From positions 1 through 64,000 of the forward strand of contig CBFDEM010000050.1 in NCBI GenBank assembly GCA_965603825.1: a DNA stretch of 64,000 bases. Direction: 5' to 3'. The first letter of the stretch is position 1; each line of letters begins with the position of its first letter. Position numbers and translations under genes: made by a program. Shown in pieces: positions 1-12,617 of this stretch. Under the pieces are notes generated by a model. That model was not told the DNA's origin. It saw only the letters and a program-made list of their open reading frames with translations, and ran no database searches. This DNA is from Blepharisma stoltei ATCC 30299 (taxonomy: Eukaryota; Protista; Ciliophora).

Positions 1-2371
1 CACCCTAACACCCTAACACCCTAACACCCTAACACCCTAACACCCTAACACCCTAACACCCTAACACCCTAACACCCTAACACCCTAACACCCTAACACC
101 CAACACCCTAACACCCTAACACCCTAACACCCTAACACCCTAACACCCTAACACCCTAACACCCTAACACCCTAACACCCTAACACCCTAACACCCTAAC
201 ACCCTAACACCCTAACACCCTAACACCCTAACACCCTAACACCCTAACACCCTAACACCCTAACACCCTAACACCCTAACACCCTAACACCCTAACACCC
301 TAACACCCTAACACCCTAACACCCTAACACCCTAACACCCTAACACCCTAACACCCTAACACCCTAACACCCTAACACCCTAACACCCTAACACCCTAAC
401 ACCCTAACACCCTAACACCCTAACACCCTAACACCCTAACACCCTAACACCCTAACACCCTAACACCCTAACACCCTAACACCCTAACACCCTAACACCC
501 TAACACCCTAACACCCTAACACCCTAACACCCTAACACCCTAACACCCTAACACCCTAACACCCTAACACCCTAACACCCTAACACCCTAACACCCTAAC
601 ACCCTAACACCCTAACACCCTAACACCCTAACACCCTAACACCCTAACACCCTAACACCCTAACACCCTAACACCCTAACACCCTAACACCCTAACACCC
701 TAACACCCTAACACCCTAACACCCTAACACCCTAACACCCTAACACCCTAACACCCTAACACCCTAACACCCTAACACCCTAACACCCTAACACCCTAAC
801 ACCCTAACACCCTAACACCCTAACACCCTAACACCCTAACACCCTAACACCCTAACACCCTAACACCCTAACACCCTAACACCCTAACACCCTAACACCC
901 TAACACCCTAACACCCTAACACCCTAACACCCTAACACCCTAACACCCTAACACCCTAACACCCTAACACCCTAACACCCTAACACCCTAACACCCTAAC
1001 ACCCTAACACCCTAACACCCTAACACCCTAACACCCTAACACCCTAACACCCTAACACCCTAACACCCTAACACCCTAACACCCTAACACCCTAACACCC
1101 TAACACCCTAACACCCTAACACCCTAACACCCTAACACCCTAACACCCTAACACCCTAACACCCTAACACCCTAACACCCTAACACCCTAACACCCTAAC
1201 ACCCTAACACCCTAACACCCTAACACCCTAACACCCTAACACCCTAACACCCTAACACCCTAACACCCTAACACCCTAACACCCTAACACCCTAACACCC
1301 TAACACCCTAACACCCTAACACCCTAACACCCTAACACCCTAACACCCTAACACCCTAACACCCTAACACCCTAACACCCTAACACCCTAACACCCTAAC
1401 ACCCTAACACCCTAACACCCTAACACCCTAACACCCTAACACCCTAACACCCTAACACCCTAACACCCTAACACCCTAACACCCTAACACCCTAACACCC
1501 TAACACCCTAACACCCTAACACCCTAACACCCTAACACCCTAACACCCTAACACCCTAACACCCTAACACCCTAACACCCTAACACCCTAACACCCTAAC
1601 ACCCTAACACCCTAACACCCTAACACCCTAACACCCTAACACCCTAACACCCTAACACCCTAACACCCTAACACCCTAACACCCTAACACCCTAACACCC
1701 TAACACCCTAACACCCTAACACCCTAACACCCTAACACCCTAACACCCTAACACCCTAACACCCTAACACCCTAACACCCTAACACCCTAACACCCTAAC
1801 ACCCTAACACCCTAACACCCTAACACCCTAACACCCTAACACCCTAACACCCTAACACCCTAACACCCTAACACCCTAACACCCTAACACCCTAACACCC
1901 TAACACCCTAACACCCTAACACCCTAACACCCTAACACCCTAACACCCTAACACCCTAACACCCTAACACCCTAACACCCTAACACCCTAACACCCTAAC
2001 ACCCTAACACCCTAACACCCTAACACCCTAACACCCTAACACCCTAACACCCTAACACCCTAACACCCTAACACCCTAACACCCTAACACCCTAACACCC
2101 TAACACCCTAACACCCTAACACCCTAACACCCTAACACCCTAACACCCTAACACCCTAACACCCTAACACCCTAACACCCTAACACCCTAACACCCTAAC
2201 ACCCTAACACCCTAACACCCTAACACCCTAACACCCTAACACCCTAACACCCTAACACCCTAACACCCTAACACCCTAACACCCTAACACCCTAACACCC
2301 TAACACCCTAACACCCTAACACCCTAACACCCTAACACCCTAACACCCTAACACCCTAACACCCTAACACC
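1..2371 (+). repeat. Telomeric array (CCCTAACA)n, about 296 units, chromosome end
   Basis: Perfect 8-mer tandem array from position 1; one variant unit CCCAACA at 99-105; abrupt junction into AT-rich unique DNA. CCCTAACA is the heterotrich (Stentor/Blepharisma) telomere unit. Confidence 0.98.
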
Positions 2372-2919
2372 GGTGAACTTAAATTTAGTTTTATATTTTT
2401 AAATTAAATCATTTTTGTGGAATTAATTTTAACTAATGTTTCTTTTAAAAACTCATAATTTTTTTATTTATTAAGCTCAATTTTATAATTTAAACATATA
2501 AAATAATAAGTGTCTTAAGTATATTTTTTATATTTAATGAATAGACATTGAAATGTATATTGAAAGGATATTAAAATTACTTTTTTATTTGCAAATTTTG
2601 GAATATTTTAGAATTTTTCTTAAGCACTCATTTTTTACTATATAAAATAAGGTTACTAAATTTAAAGATTAACTTATTGTCTATCTTTAGCAGAAAATTT
2701 TTTGCTCTCTTATTTTCGTATTTTAGATTTTGCACAAATTAAGCAATGAGCATTTATTTAATCTATATTACCTATAAAATTTAATATTATAATTTAATTT
2801 TCATTTTTTCGAACCAAAATACCTGAAAGGACACACGACTGAAATTTTACAGTTTATTTTATATTTCTAATCTTAATTTATTTTAATGCTATTTATTTAC
2901 CCGATGATTTTTACTTTAA

Positions 2920-3693
2920 TTAGGATATTTTAATAAACCAAGGATGCCTCAATATTTCATCAATTCCAATCCTATTTTGCCTGCTCAGCATTTTCTGGCA
3001 TAAATCTTTGCATTCTCTACTTCAGCTTTCTGGATACACAAATTTATTTTCTTCCAAAACTTGATTTGGATTCACAAATATAGCAGGCGGTGAGCCATTC
3101 AGCATTTCGTACATTATCATTCCCAGTGCTCAAATGTCAGCTTCTCTCCCATATCCGTCACCGCTTGCCATTTCAGGAGATACAAATTGAACTGTCCCAC
3201 ACATTGTGTATCTTTTATTACTTTTAGCTGGTAAAATAGCTGAATACCCGAAGTCTGTAATTTTTGGCTTTAAATGAGTGCTCAATAGGATATTTTCGGG
3301 TTTTAGATCTCTATGCAAGATCCCTAAATTATGCAAGAAACGTATTCCTTTGGCAATTTTTTTAATTATAAATTTGGTATCAAGCTCAGAGATCGGGCCG
3401 TGTTCTTTAATGTACGAAAATAGAGAGCCTCTGCTCGCATATTCTAATACGATATAAATCATAGATTCATCTTGGAAGTAGCCGTATAGTCTGATAATTG
3501 ATTTATGATTGATTCGAGCTTGAATTTCGATTTCTCGTCTTAAAAGTATTTCTGAGTGGCGATCTAACGTTGATTTAGGGGTTATTTTTAGCGCGATATC
3601 TTTCCCTGAAGCCCGTTCAGTTGCTAGATATACTTTTCCGAATCCACCAGAGCCTAAAAGCCTTCCTGTTGCAAAATCATCTAATTTTCACAT
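2920..3693 (-). CDS. Aurora-family Ser/Thr kinase, 257 aa (TGA=Trp)
   Basis: Reads M-W(TGA)-KLDDFATGRLLGSGGFGKVYLA...RREIEIQ...HRDLKPENIL...DFG...CGT...ADI-W(TGA)-ALG...HPWF-TAA; catalytic domain only. Confidence 0.88.
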
Positions 3694-4011
3694 TTAAATT
3701 GAAATGGCGGAATGGTTTTTTTAATAAATTGGCTAAGCATTCTATTTTGTAGTTATATAGTTTAAATAAAGCAGTAAGTTAATGTCGATATTTTTATAGA
3801 TTTTTCTTTAGCTAATTAGCATTAAATCAACTAGATATTCCATTATTAAAGCCAGCCAGCATTATCAACTATCTAAATAAAAAACAATTGAGCTATAATT
3901 CTAATATTAATTATATATACTCAATGAAGATCTACAAATAACTACAGCTTACTTTATATAAAACTTTAAAGTTAATTAAATTTTAATCTGAAAGAATCCA
4001 ATAAATTCAGC

Positions 4012-4653
4012 ATGGAAATAAGAATGCTCAATCCATCACAAAAACCTAAAAACTTCAAAACATACCAATTTCCAACTCTTCGCAATCCAGCTGGCTCTTC
4101 CCATTTTTCACCTGTGTATCTGATTTCTCCTAAGCATGCATCAAAGCAAATCCCCACAGAAAAGACAGACAGAGAAAAAGTTTTAAAACGTACAAGCTCT
4201 GATTTTTATCTCAGGACAAGTGAATGAAAGTCCCCAGTTCTTAAGAACTCCATTAATACAAGAAAAAAAGAAAAAACCTTGAAACCCCAAAAATCTGCAA
4301 CAAATTGAATAAAAGAATTAGACAAATTAGCAATGCACAATAGAATGCTCTCAGACAACTACTTAAAAAATAACTCCAACACAAGGCCTACTTCAAGGCT
4401 GGTCATTTCAAAATCCTCAACTAACGTAAAAGACAATCAAAGAAAACTCACTGCATCAGTACCACAGCCGTTATTAGAATCCAAAATGCATAATAAATAC
4501 AGCATAGAGGCAATCAATATATCCCCTATTTCCACACCTACAAGAGACCAAACAAATATTTCAGGAAACTCAAGCTTTGAAAATGACGAAGCTGTTGTAA
4601 GCCTTGTGAAGCTCTTAGTTTCTAAATGTAATAGTGGCAAAAAGGAATTTTAG
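4012..4653 (+). CDS. Hypothetical Ser/Lys-rich protein, 213 aa
   Basis: ORFs 4012-4227 and 4333-4653 are in frame and joined through two TGA codons; ends TAG. Confidence 0.7.
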
Positions 4654-4691
4654 ATGATAAATTAATTTATAAGCAAAAATTTCTAAATAAA

Positions 4692-6737
4692 ATGTGTGCT
4701 ATGCTCAGTCCTATCTTTACACTTGATTGTGATGGAGCTATATCATACTTAGTCACCATCAATGACGTCCCAGTCCTACTAGACTGTGGGTGGAATGGAG
4801 ATCCAGCCTCCTTGGAACGCTATGACCCTATAATACCTTCACTTAGGGTCGTTCTGATATCTCACCCATATATTGAATTTGTAGGGGCTCTGCCTTATAT
4901 ATCCAAACACAAGGACTTCAAGGCTCAAATATACGTGACCTTTCCAGTCCATAAAATGTCCCAGATGGTGATGTATGACTCCTACCTGTCCTGTGTCCAA
5001 CAAATTTTCTCTATTGATGACATCAATAATACTTGGAAAAAGATTACAACCCTTATGCACTCTCAGAAAGTCCATATGAAAGGAGAAGGACTCATTTTTA
5101 CCCCTATAAGGGCAGGAAATTGTATTGGTGGTGCAGCTTGGAGGATTATGCATAACATGCAAGATATCATCCACCTTCCTCTTTTTAACCCGCATGTAGA
5201 AAAACACGTTCCAGGGCTTGATTTTGACTCCTTACAGAGCCCTGCTGTTTTGATCATGGACTCTTATCATTCAAATAGTATCCAAAACGACCCAGAACTG
5301 CTTTGTACCAAGGTTATTGAAGCATTGACAAGAGGAGGGTCAGTCTTAATCCCAGTGGATCCCGCTGGGTCTACACTAGAATTTATGCTTCTTTTTGAAG
5401 AGCTCTGGGAAAAGAACGAAAGCGAGCTTGGGATGTATAACTTAATCATGCTAGGCCACGTGTCAAGTTCAACAGTAGAATTCGCCAAAACTTGTTTAGA
5501 ATGGATGAATGAAGAAGTTCTGTCAAAATTCGAAGGGGTCAGAGACAACCCTTTTTCTTTTAAATTCCTCAAAACAATTCATACTCTTGAAGAGCTGCCA
5601 CCTGGCCCTGCATTAATCATGGCTACTCCTTGCAACCTGCAATCAGGGTTTTCTAGGCAGTTGCTATTCCAGTTAGCTGGAAACCCATTGAATCTTTTAT
5701 TACTAGTAAATAAGCCAAGTGGCCTAGCTCAAGAAATTTTATTCAATACAGTCCCTAACCAAGTAATAGAGCTTGACGAGCCTGAGCTGGACTGAAATGA
5801 AAATGAATTTGATATAAACAATAGTGAAGAAGCCAGCACAGAAACAGCAGAAACCATGAGCATCATTGAAGAAGGTGACATCCCTGAGACTTTCGGCCCA
5901 AAGCTTTTTGATAAGAAAAATTTTAAGTGTTTTTCAGTATGCGAGTTCAAGCATTTCTGTGACGAGTATGGAGAAAGTATGGCTGATGAAGAAATAGCAC
6001 TGTGGCAGCATGAAAATACAGAAAAAAAGACGTCTTCATTGACTGCTTTATCGTTAAAAAGTTATGAACAAACCATTACTTTTAGATTGATAGAAGAAGA
6101 TAGGAGAAGGAAAAATTCGAAATTAATTACGAGACATCTGACGACGACGCTAAACTGTGCTGTCAGCTATTTATTGTGTGATTTCAGAGCTTCAGGGACA
6201 AGCTTAAGACTTACCTTGTCAAGGCTTAGGCCTAAAAAACTGGTTCTGCTTAACACAAATGAGACTTCTGCGAATTCTTTGTCTATTTATTGCCAAACCT
6301 TTTTAGGGATGTCTGATATATCAGTTGCAAAAGAGCCAGTGCAACTGATACCTACAATGTCAATTTTGCCTATAAAAATCCCAGAAGAGTTCTATAACAG
6401 CTTGAAATTTCTCCCAGTTGATGGCTACGAAGTGGCACTTATTAAAGGTAAAGTCGGCATGGAAAACGAGCAGCTGCAGTATAACATGGTCGAAGGCGAA
6501 AAACAAAGGTTCGGGTATTTCTTAGGAAAAGTCCAACTAGGCAAAATCAAAGGGCTGCTGACAGAAAAAGGCTACAACACCGAGTTCAGAGAAGGAAAGC
6601 TCGTCATCAACGACAAGGTATGGATTTTTACGAATAAAGAAAGTGGCGAAATTAAAGAATATGTCATCGAAGGGGTCATCAGCCGCGACTATTTTGACAT
6701 AAGAAGGCTGCTCTATTCCGAGCACCTATATATTTAA
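4692..6737 (+). CDS. CPSF2: Cleavage and polyadenylation specificity factor 100 kDa subunit, 681 aa
   Basis: MBL/beta-CASP fold with LLDCGW and degenerate metal site (ISHP..); C-terminal IEGVISRDYFDIRRLLY typical of CPSF100; two ORFs joined by TGA at 5793-5795. Confidence 0.9.
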
Positions 6738-6777
6738 CTTAGGTTCTTGTAATTATTACGAAACTGTGAATTTATAC

Positions 6778-7293
6778 TTAAAACTTCTCTTCTCTCAGTC
6801 CGTCTCTGATGTATAAGAAGTGAGGAGCTTCATTTGACTCTTCTTTGAAGTATGAAAGGATGACTCCAGCTGTCTGGTCATAGCTTGATCCTACGTAGAA
6901 CTTGAACTCGTTGAAGTTAGCCAAGACTCTTTTGACAAATGCAGAAGCTCCTGCCATGAAGGTGGCAACTCTGTCTGGGTTGCTCTCTTCTAGGTGCTTC
7001 TTGAGTCTTTGCATGTATCCTCTGATATAGACAGTGTATTCTTTCTTAGTGAATGGGACTTCTTGGAGGTTGAAAGCAGCAATAATTTCGTTGACTCTTT
7101 CAGCAGTATCTTCCACAGCTTCTTCTTCGGCACCACCTCCGAATTCATTGCCACGGCCAATATCAAATTGCTCATTTCCTTTAACAATGACTCTGGAGGC
7201 GACTTCAAGGACTACATCTTCATGCTCAACAGTGATTGGGTATGAGTCAGAAAGAACTTCATCGTTGCTGAACACATCGAAGTAGACCTTCAT
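6778..7293 (-). CDS. TPT1: Translationally controlled tumour protein (TCTP), 171 aa
   Basis: MKVYFDVFSNDEVLSDSY start, F.K..Y..YI.GYM, DGLREEKF end. Confidence 0.95.
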   Translation of the reverse strand: MKVYFDVFSNDEVLSDSYPITVEHEDVVLEVASRVIVKGNEQFDIGRGNEFGGGAEEEAVEDTAERVNEIIAAFNLQEVPFTKKEYTVYIRGYMQRLKKHLEESNPDRVATFMAGASAFVKRVLANFNEFKFYVGSSYDQTAGVILSYFKEESNEAPHFLYIRDGLREEKF

Positions 7294-7744
7294 ATTTATT
7301 ACAAACTTATTTCATTTACCATTCATTCTGTCTGATTATAACTCTTACAATTTTCCTAGGGCTTTTTGGCAAATTTGTGGGCACCTAAAGGCAGAAATCC
7401 AGATGGGAGGAATACTGAAAGCCTTTGGAATTAAAATTTTGAAAATTGAATGGAAAATTGAGCTTTTTTATGGTTCATGCTTAATCGATGCTTTTCCAGA
7501 ATCTAGATTAGTATTGATATTTTTACAATAAAATGAATTAAAAACCAAGACCTTATCACTTTTCTACCATGAAATAATTTTTTTAGGTAAATTTTATTGT
7601 TTATTTTCACAAGTAGCTTTAAACAATTTCCATATAGTAATTAAACCTATTCATTTTGACATAAAAATACTCTCGATTTCAGGCGAAGAATAAATTAAAA
7701 TTATTGATATTTTCAGTTTGGACATCTCATATGAAATACTCTCC

Positions 7745-8425
7745 TTACTGCTTTGCATTAAACTTGCTATTTAAATCACTCAGCAGCAAGTCTACCATCC
7801 CAAGAGCGCTTCTCCCTACCATTGAAGATTTCAAACTGGGTTGAGGAGTTTTATTTTCGTTATTCGAGCTATGGTTCCTAATACTTTCAGTTTTCCTCCA
7901 CACGTTGTCTAACTCCTGGCTCAGCTCATTTAGCTGTTCTTTAAGTCTTTGTGTGTTCTCTTTGCTGTAATCTTTGAGATTTTCAAACTCTGAACAGGTT
8001 ATCGCTAAATCTTCTAAAGTCTGATGGTAACTATTCGTCAGCTCATCAATTTCGAAGTCTTTTTCTCGTAATTTGCTTTTATAAGCGTCCAGCTCGGTTT
8101 CTAAATCTTTGTTGTTTTTCATTAAAATTTTAATTCTTTCCTGTAGCACGAATAATTCGTCTTTTACCTTATTGCTATTTTTTTCAATGCTTTTAAATTT
8201 TTCATAATGATCGGTCTATTTAGAAATTACCTTGAGTTTATCAAGTTCATCCTTCAGTGCTTTATTTTCCTTATTGAGTTCTGAATTCAATTTAATCTGG
8301 ACTTCTAATTCTCGTTCTATTTCTTCTTCAAGCGTCTTGCTCATCTCTTGATACTCGGCGAAATCACTCTTTAATTGGGAAAGTTCCTCTTCTTTAGCAT
8401 TAAGGAGTTCTAATGTATCAGACAT
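7745..8425 (-). CDS. NudE/NDEL1-like dynein regulator, 221 aa, one 15-nt intron
   Basis: N-terminal coiled coil FAEYQEMSKTLEEEIERELE resembles NudE; C-terminal RSALGMVDLLL resembles the NudE C-terminal helix; exons join after removing 8216-8230. Confidence 0.7.
8216..8230 (-). other. 15-nt spliceosomal intron GTAATTTCTAAATAG
   Basis: GT..AG, A at position 10, removes an in-frame TAG and joins two ORFs. Confidence 0.9.
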
Positions 8426-8468
8426 ATTTAATTCTCTAGGAAATTATAAACTTAGCATAATTCTATAT

Positions 8469-9833
8469 TTAACAGTTGCTGAGAGCTATGTTGTGAATGC
8501 ACCTGGGCTGCTTTCTTTCAGTCGGCCTTATTGTGAGGCCTTTACAGACGCTACCTCTTATGAATGCTTTGCGTTCTTTTTCTGGCCTGAGGATAGTGAT
8601 GACTTTTATTTTTGGGTACGAAAATAGTCGCTCTGGTACCAGATCTTCTTTAAGGCAGGTATCCCCTCCAAGCCTTCTGTCAAACTGCTCAGTATGGACT
8701 TCTTCTTGGACTTTAACAACAGGAGGAACCTCAATCTCTGGTGTCAGCTCTGGCATGGTCTGATTGAAAATTGGAATTTCCTTGTCAAACTCATGGGTAG
8801 ATTTTGTATTACAGTAAATGCTCTTTATATCGACATCTTCAAGCTTTATTAAGCTCGCATAAGAACTTACAGAGAGCTCAGGAGACGTTTTATGGCTACT
8901 TAGAATTTTGGTTTCTTTTGGCTCAAAAGGGGTTGACGAAACTGAATTTTCTTCTTCGCTGAGCCGGAAGGTAATTCTTTCGTCAATAGCTGAATATGTC
9001 CGAAGGTTTGGCTTTCTTGGGTAGTTTCCTTGAGATAATGGTCTTTGGGAAATCGCAGCCACTTTTGGGGTCGAGCTTGTAGAATTTGTTCTTCTTGTAG
9101 TTGAAAGAGGGGTAGTCGGGATTAATTTTCCATTTAAAGAAAAATCGCTGTTTTGAGGCTTGTGGGTGCCCATTAAAGTATCTAGTTTTCCTGGACTTGC
9201 CCGAGATTTGCATTCTCTATTTGCTGAAAATGTGTCTGTATGCTGCAAATCTTTGGTTTGCTCTTCAGTTATGGTGAAGGCGCGGTCGTCAATGGTTATT
9301 TCTTTAAGCTCATAAGGAGTTATTTCTTTGAGTGTAAATGGAGATGGCACTTTTACAGGAATGATTATGTCTTTCTTAGAAATTTTTACTTTAACTGGGC
9401 TGATAGTTCTTTTTCGAAGATTGTTTATTTCCAAGTTATAGCGGCTTTTAAGTATATGCTCTGGAGATGAAGGACTGCAGCTTGAAATTGTATTAATTGG
9501 GATATCCATAGACTGACTAACAAATCCCTTTTTTCCACGATTTTCTTTCCTTTTCTTCATTGCTTCTAATTTTGTAATAGCCACTGGAGAGTCAATTCCT
9601 ACCCTTACCTTCAAGTTTTCTTTCAGCTTCCCAAATAAGCCATCAATGTTGATCTCTTTTTGGACCTGGAATAATTTTCGACTTTTTTTGATTTTTTCAA
9701 AGTGAGGTCTTAAAGCATTTTGGTGTGTATAAGCAGTTCTAAATATTTAGTACTTTAATAGCTGCAGCTTGATTGAGTTATGAGGAATCCTTTCAGAGGA
9801 AATAAAAGATTCAGTTAATGCTTTATTTTTCAT
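8469..9833 (-). CDS. Hypothetical Ser/Thr/Pro-rich protein, 449 aa, one 15-nt intron
   Basis: ATG at 9833 becomes continuous with ORF 8469-9614 after removing 9739-9753. Confidence 0.75.
9739..9753 (-). other. 15-nt intron GTACTAAATATTTAG
   Basis: GT..AG, A10, removes an in-frame TAA. Confidence 0.85.
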
Positions 9834-10045
9834 TTTATCATCGCAGTATAATGGAGAAACTATATTAGAAATAGATAGAATGGGCTATTAAATAATGAAA
9901 ATAGAAAAAATTAAACTGTAAAACTATGCAAATTTTAAAAGATAATTGAGTCACTATGAAGCTAATTAATAGGCTGAAATTGATTTAAAATTTGATGTAA
10001 AGCTTATTTAATAAACAAAACTTTTAAATAAAAATAGTTAAATTA

Positions 10046-11071
10046 TTATTTAGCTTTGTATTTATTACACAGATATGTGAGCTTGCTCAGCAATTGATCA
10101 ACATTCTGTGACGCGCTCACACTTTGTTTTACACGTGTTTCTGCAGAATCTCTATCAACCTGATCATTGTTAGGTGAAATTGGTTCTGGCGACTCTGCCT
10201 GTTGAGGATAATCTACATGCCCATCAAAATCGCTTCCTGACTGACTCTCTATTTCTTCCTGTTCCTTATCAGGCGAAACCCTCTCTATCTTACTTATCCT
10301 TGCCTGCTCCATCTCATTCCTAAGCTTTTCATTTTCTTCTTTCAGCATTTTTATTTCCTTTTCTTGCTTCTTAACAGCATTTTCCATGTTTTTTAAGTCA
10401 GATTTTTCAATGCATTTTATTTCCAGTTTCCCTATGATATTATCCAGTTCTTTCTTAATCCTCTCATGTTCTTCTAGTAATTGATTTCTTTCAGCTTCTA
10501 CTCCTTTATATTTATTATTCAAATCTTCTAATTCTTGTTTTAAACTGTAATTTTCTTGGCTTGTGGAGTCCAATTCTTCTTTAAGCACCCGGTTTTCCTT
10601 TTCTAGATGGTGGTTTGCGATCTTAAGCTCCATAAGTTCTTCGTTTTTCTCTGATTTTGGGTTGTGACGGTCTGACTGCAAAACTAAAGGGAGCGGATAA
10701 TTGATTTTTTCGAACTCAGTGATGTGGCTGATAATCAAATATCGTTTATTGCTTATCTTCGGCGGGGTGCTTGTGAAGCTTTGCTTGTTTCTCAGATGTT
10801 CTAAGTCGTGATATGATAAGAAATCAGCCCTCACATTACTCCGCTTTGCTTCTAAACATGCATATAATAGCTTAACCACGTTCGGAAACTGCATATAGTT
10901 GCCTGTTTTTCTTGTCAATTCTTCAATATAGCTTTCAGTAAAATTCCCAATCCAGGTCATCCCTCCTTTTAAATTGGTAATAGTTATCCTTATTTCTCTT
11001 GGCTGCGCATGTACAGTCGCCTGGTACTCTATATCTTTGGATATAAAATTGAAGCTCTTTTCAATAGACAT
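10046..11071 (-). CDS. CCDC61: CCDC61/VFL3 (SAS-6-like head plus coiled coil) basal-body protein, 341 aa
   Basis: W.G.F...YIEELTRKTGN, Y.DLE.LR, NKRYLI....EF..INYPLPL followed by coiled coil. Confidence 0.85.
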   Translation of the reverse strand: MSIEKSFNFISKDIEYQATVHAQPREIRITITNLKGGMTWIGNFTESYIEELTRKTGNYMQFPNVVKLLYACLEAKRSNVRADFLSYHDLEHLRNKQSFTSTPPKISNKRYLIISHITEFEKINYPLPLVLQSDRHNPKSEKNEELMELKIANHHLEKENRVLKEELDSTSQENYSLKQELEDLNNKYKGVEAERNQLLEEHERIKKELDNIIGKLEIKCIEKSDLKNMENAVKKQEKEIKMLKEENEKLRNEMEQARISKIERVSPDKEQEEIESQSGSDFDGHVDYPQQAESPEPISPNNDQVDRDSAETRVKQSVSASQNVDQLLSKLTYLCNKYKAK

Positions 11072-11094
11072 TTTCTCCTCAAATTTTATAATTT

Positions 11095-12549
11095 ATGTCT
11101 CTGAAACGTATCAGCACTGGAAAAGACTCATCGAAAAGTGAGTCATATAGAACCCGGCTTGAATCTTTGCGCCAAGAAGCCCAACAGCTGAAATCTCAGG
11201 TTTATTTGGACTCTCAAGAGCAGAAAAATCTGAATTTTCATAGTGATATTGCGAGACTTCAAGACCAAGCTGACAGCTATGTCAGAAAAATTGAACGGGA
11301 AAGGTTCAAAGTGGCCCAGCTGCAGGACGAAATCGCAGCTATGAACGAAAACATCAAAAACCAGCGAAAAACCCTCTCAAAAAGCCAGATTTCCCAAAAA
11401 GAAGCCAATGAGCAGATGAACCGAAAAATAAAAGCACTAGAAAATAACATAGACAAAGGTCTTCAAAAATACAACGAAATTTTAGCCCAAAATAAGTCAA
11501 TAATCGACAAAATTGACGCTTTAAGGAGAGAAAGGGTCATTTACATCCAAATGAGCAAGGCGTTAGAAGAAGAGCTTGAAAAAAGAAAAGAAGAAATGAA
11601 AGACATTGTAGACAAAGGCGCACAGGCTATAAAAGATAGAGAAGAAATCAGGAAAAAAATCGCAGAAATTAAGCAAGAAGCTGAAAAAGAACAGGAAGAG
11701 TTCGAAAATGAATGGAGGACGCTAGAAAAACTGATAGAAAAAGACAAAAAGAGCAAAGAATTTATCACTGAAAATGAAAGAAATTTAATTGGCTTAGAAG
11801 AAGAAAATACAGCAGATTTGGAGGTCCAGATTGAGATGCAGACTAAAAAAGAAAAAGATATGATACAGCAGCAGAGGGAGAAAATGCAAAAATATGAAGA
11901 AGAACTGCAGAATTTGAGGGAATCGACAGGGATTTCAAGTCTTGAAGATGTCGTCAAGGTATATCTTGACGCAGAAATGCAAAATTTAAGTCTTTTTAAC
12001 CACGTGACAGAGCTGAGTGCTGAGATGGAGCAGCTTGATCTACAAATCGCAGAAATTAAAGGTAATGTCGAAAAATGCAAAACACATGACACAAAAGCGG
12101 ACCAGGACAGGAGAACTACCATTAAAGAACTTGAGCTTAAAGTCGAAAAAATTACTTTAAGAGAAGAAGAATTCGAAAAAGGATATGAAAGGACTATGAA
12201 AACTATGAATTCTCTTGTAGAAGGGGTGAGAGTGCTATGCAACAAGCTTGGTATGACTGAGCAAGAAATAGAACAGAGAGATGAGGTGGAAGGGCTTAAT
12301 GAGAGAAATATGATCCATTATTTTTCTGCTGCTGAGGCCAAAATAAACCAACTTATTTTGGATAGAGAAAAATCAGGAAACGCAAAGGCAAATTCTGAGT
12401 CGTTAAAGAAAATTGAAGTAGAAGCTCCAGCGGTGCTAGAGCTGATTGAGGAAGATGAGTTTGCCCAGCCTATGACAACTGATGAAATCAGGTACAAATC
12501 TCTTAAAAGATTAAATGATGAAGGCGATAAAAGGCTGAGAAGAAAATAA
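11095..12549 (+). CDS. Outer dynein arm docking complex subunit (ODA-DC2/CCDC114/CCDC63 family), 484 aa
   Basis: Long coiled coil with N..L...ID.LRRER and NLSLFNHVTEL..E.E.L motifs. Confidence 0.8.
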   Translation: MSLKRISTGKDSSKSESYRTRLESLRQEAQQLKSQVYLDSQEQKNLNFHSDIARLQDQADSYVRKIERERFKVAQLQDEIAAMNENIKNQRKTLSKSQISQKEANEQMNRKIKALENNIDKGLQKYNEILAQNKSIIDKIDALRRERVIYIQMSKALEEELEKRKEEMKDIVDKGAQAIKDREEIRKKIAEIKQEAEKEQEEFENEWRTLEKLIEKDKKSKEFITENERNLIGLEEENTADLEVQIEMQTKKEKDMIQQQREKMQKYEEELQNLRESTGISSLEDVVKVYLDAEMQNLSLFNHVTELSAEMEQLDLQIAEIKGNVEKCKTHDTKADQDRRTTIKELELKVEKITLREEEFEKGYERTMKTMNSLVEGVRVLCNKLGMTEQEIEQRDEVEGLNERNMIHYFSAAEAKINQLILDREKSGNAKANSESLKKIEVEAPAVLELIEEDEFAQPMTTDEIRYKSLKRLNDEGDKRLRRK

Positions 12550-12617
12550 ATAAATGAAAATTGCACTTTGTTAATAAATCATCATAAACAAAGATTTTGT
12601 CATTAAAAGTTAAATAG

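Noticed and set aside
99-105. Variant telomere unit CCCAACA
   Set aside because: Single deletion in the distal, probably low-coverage part; cannot be told apart from read error
1-2371. CRISPR array or satellite interpretation of the repeat
   Set aside because: No spacers; terminal position and unit match a heterotrich telomere
7380-7430. AAAGGC/GCCTTT inverted repeat upstream of TCTP
   Set aside because: Short stem with no correctly placed H/ACA or C/D boxes
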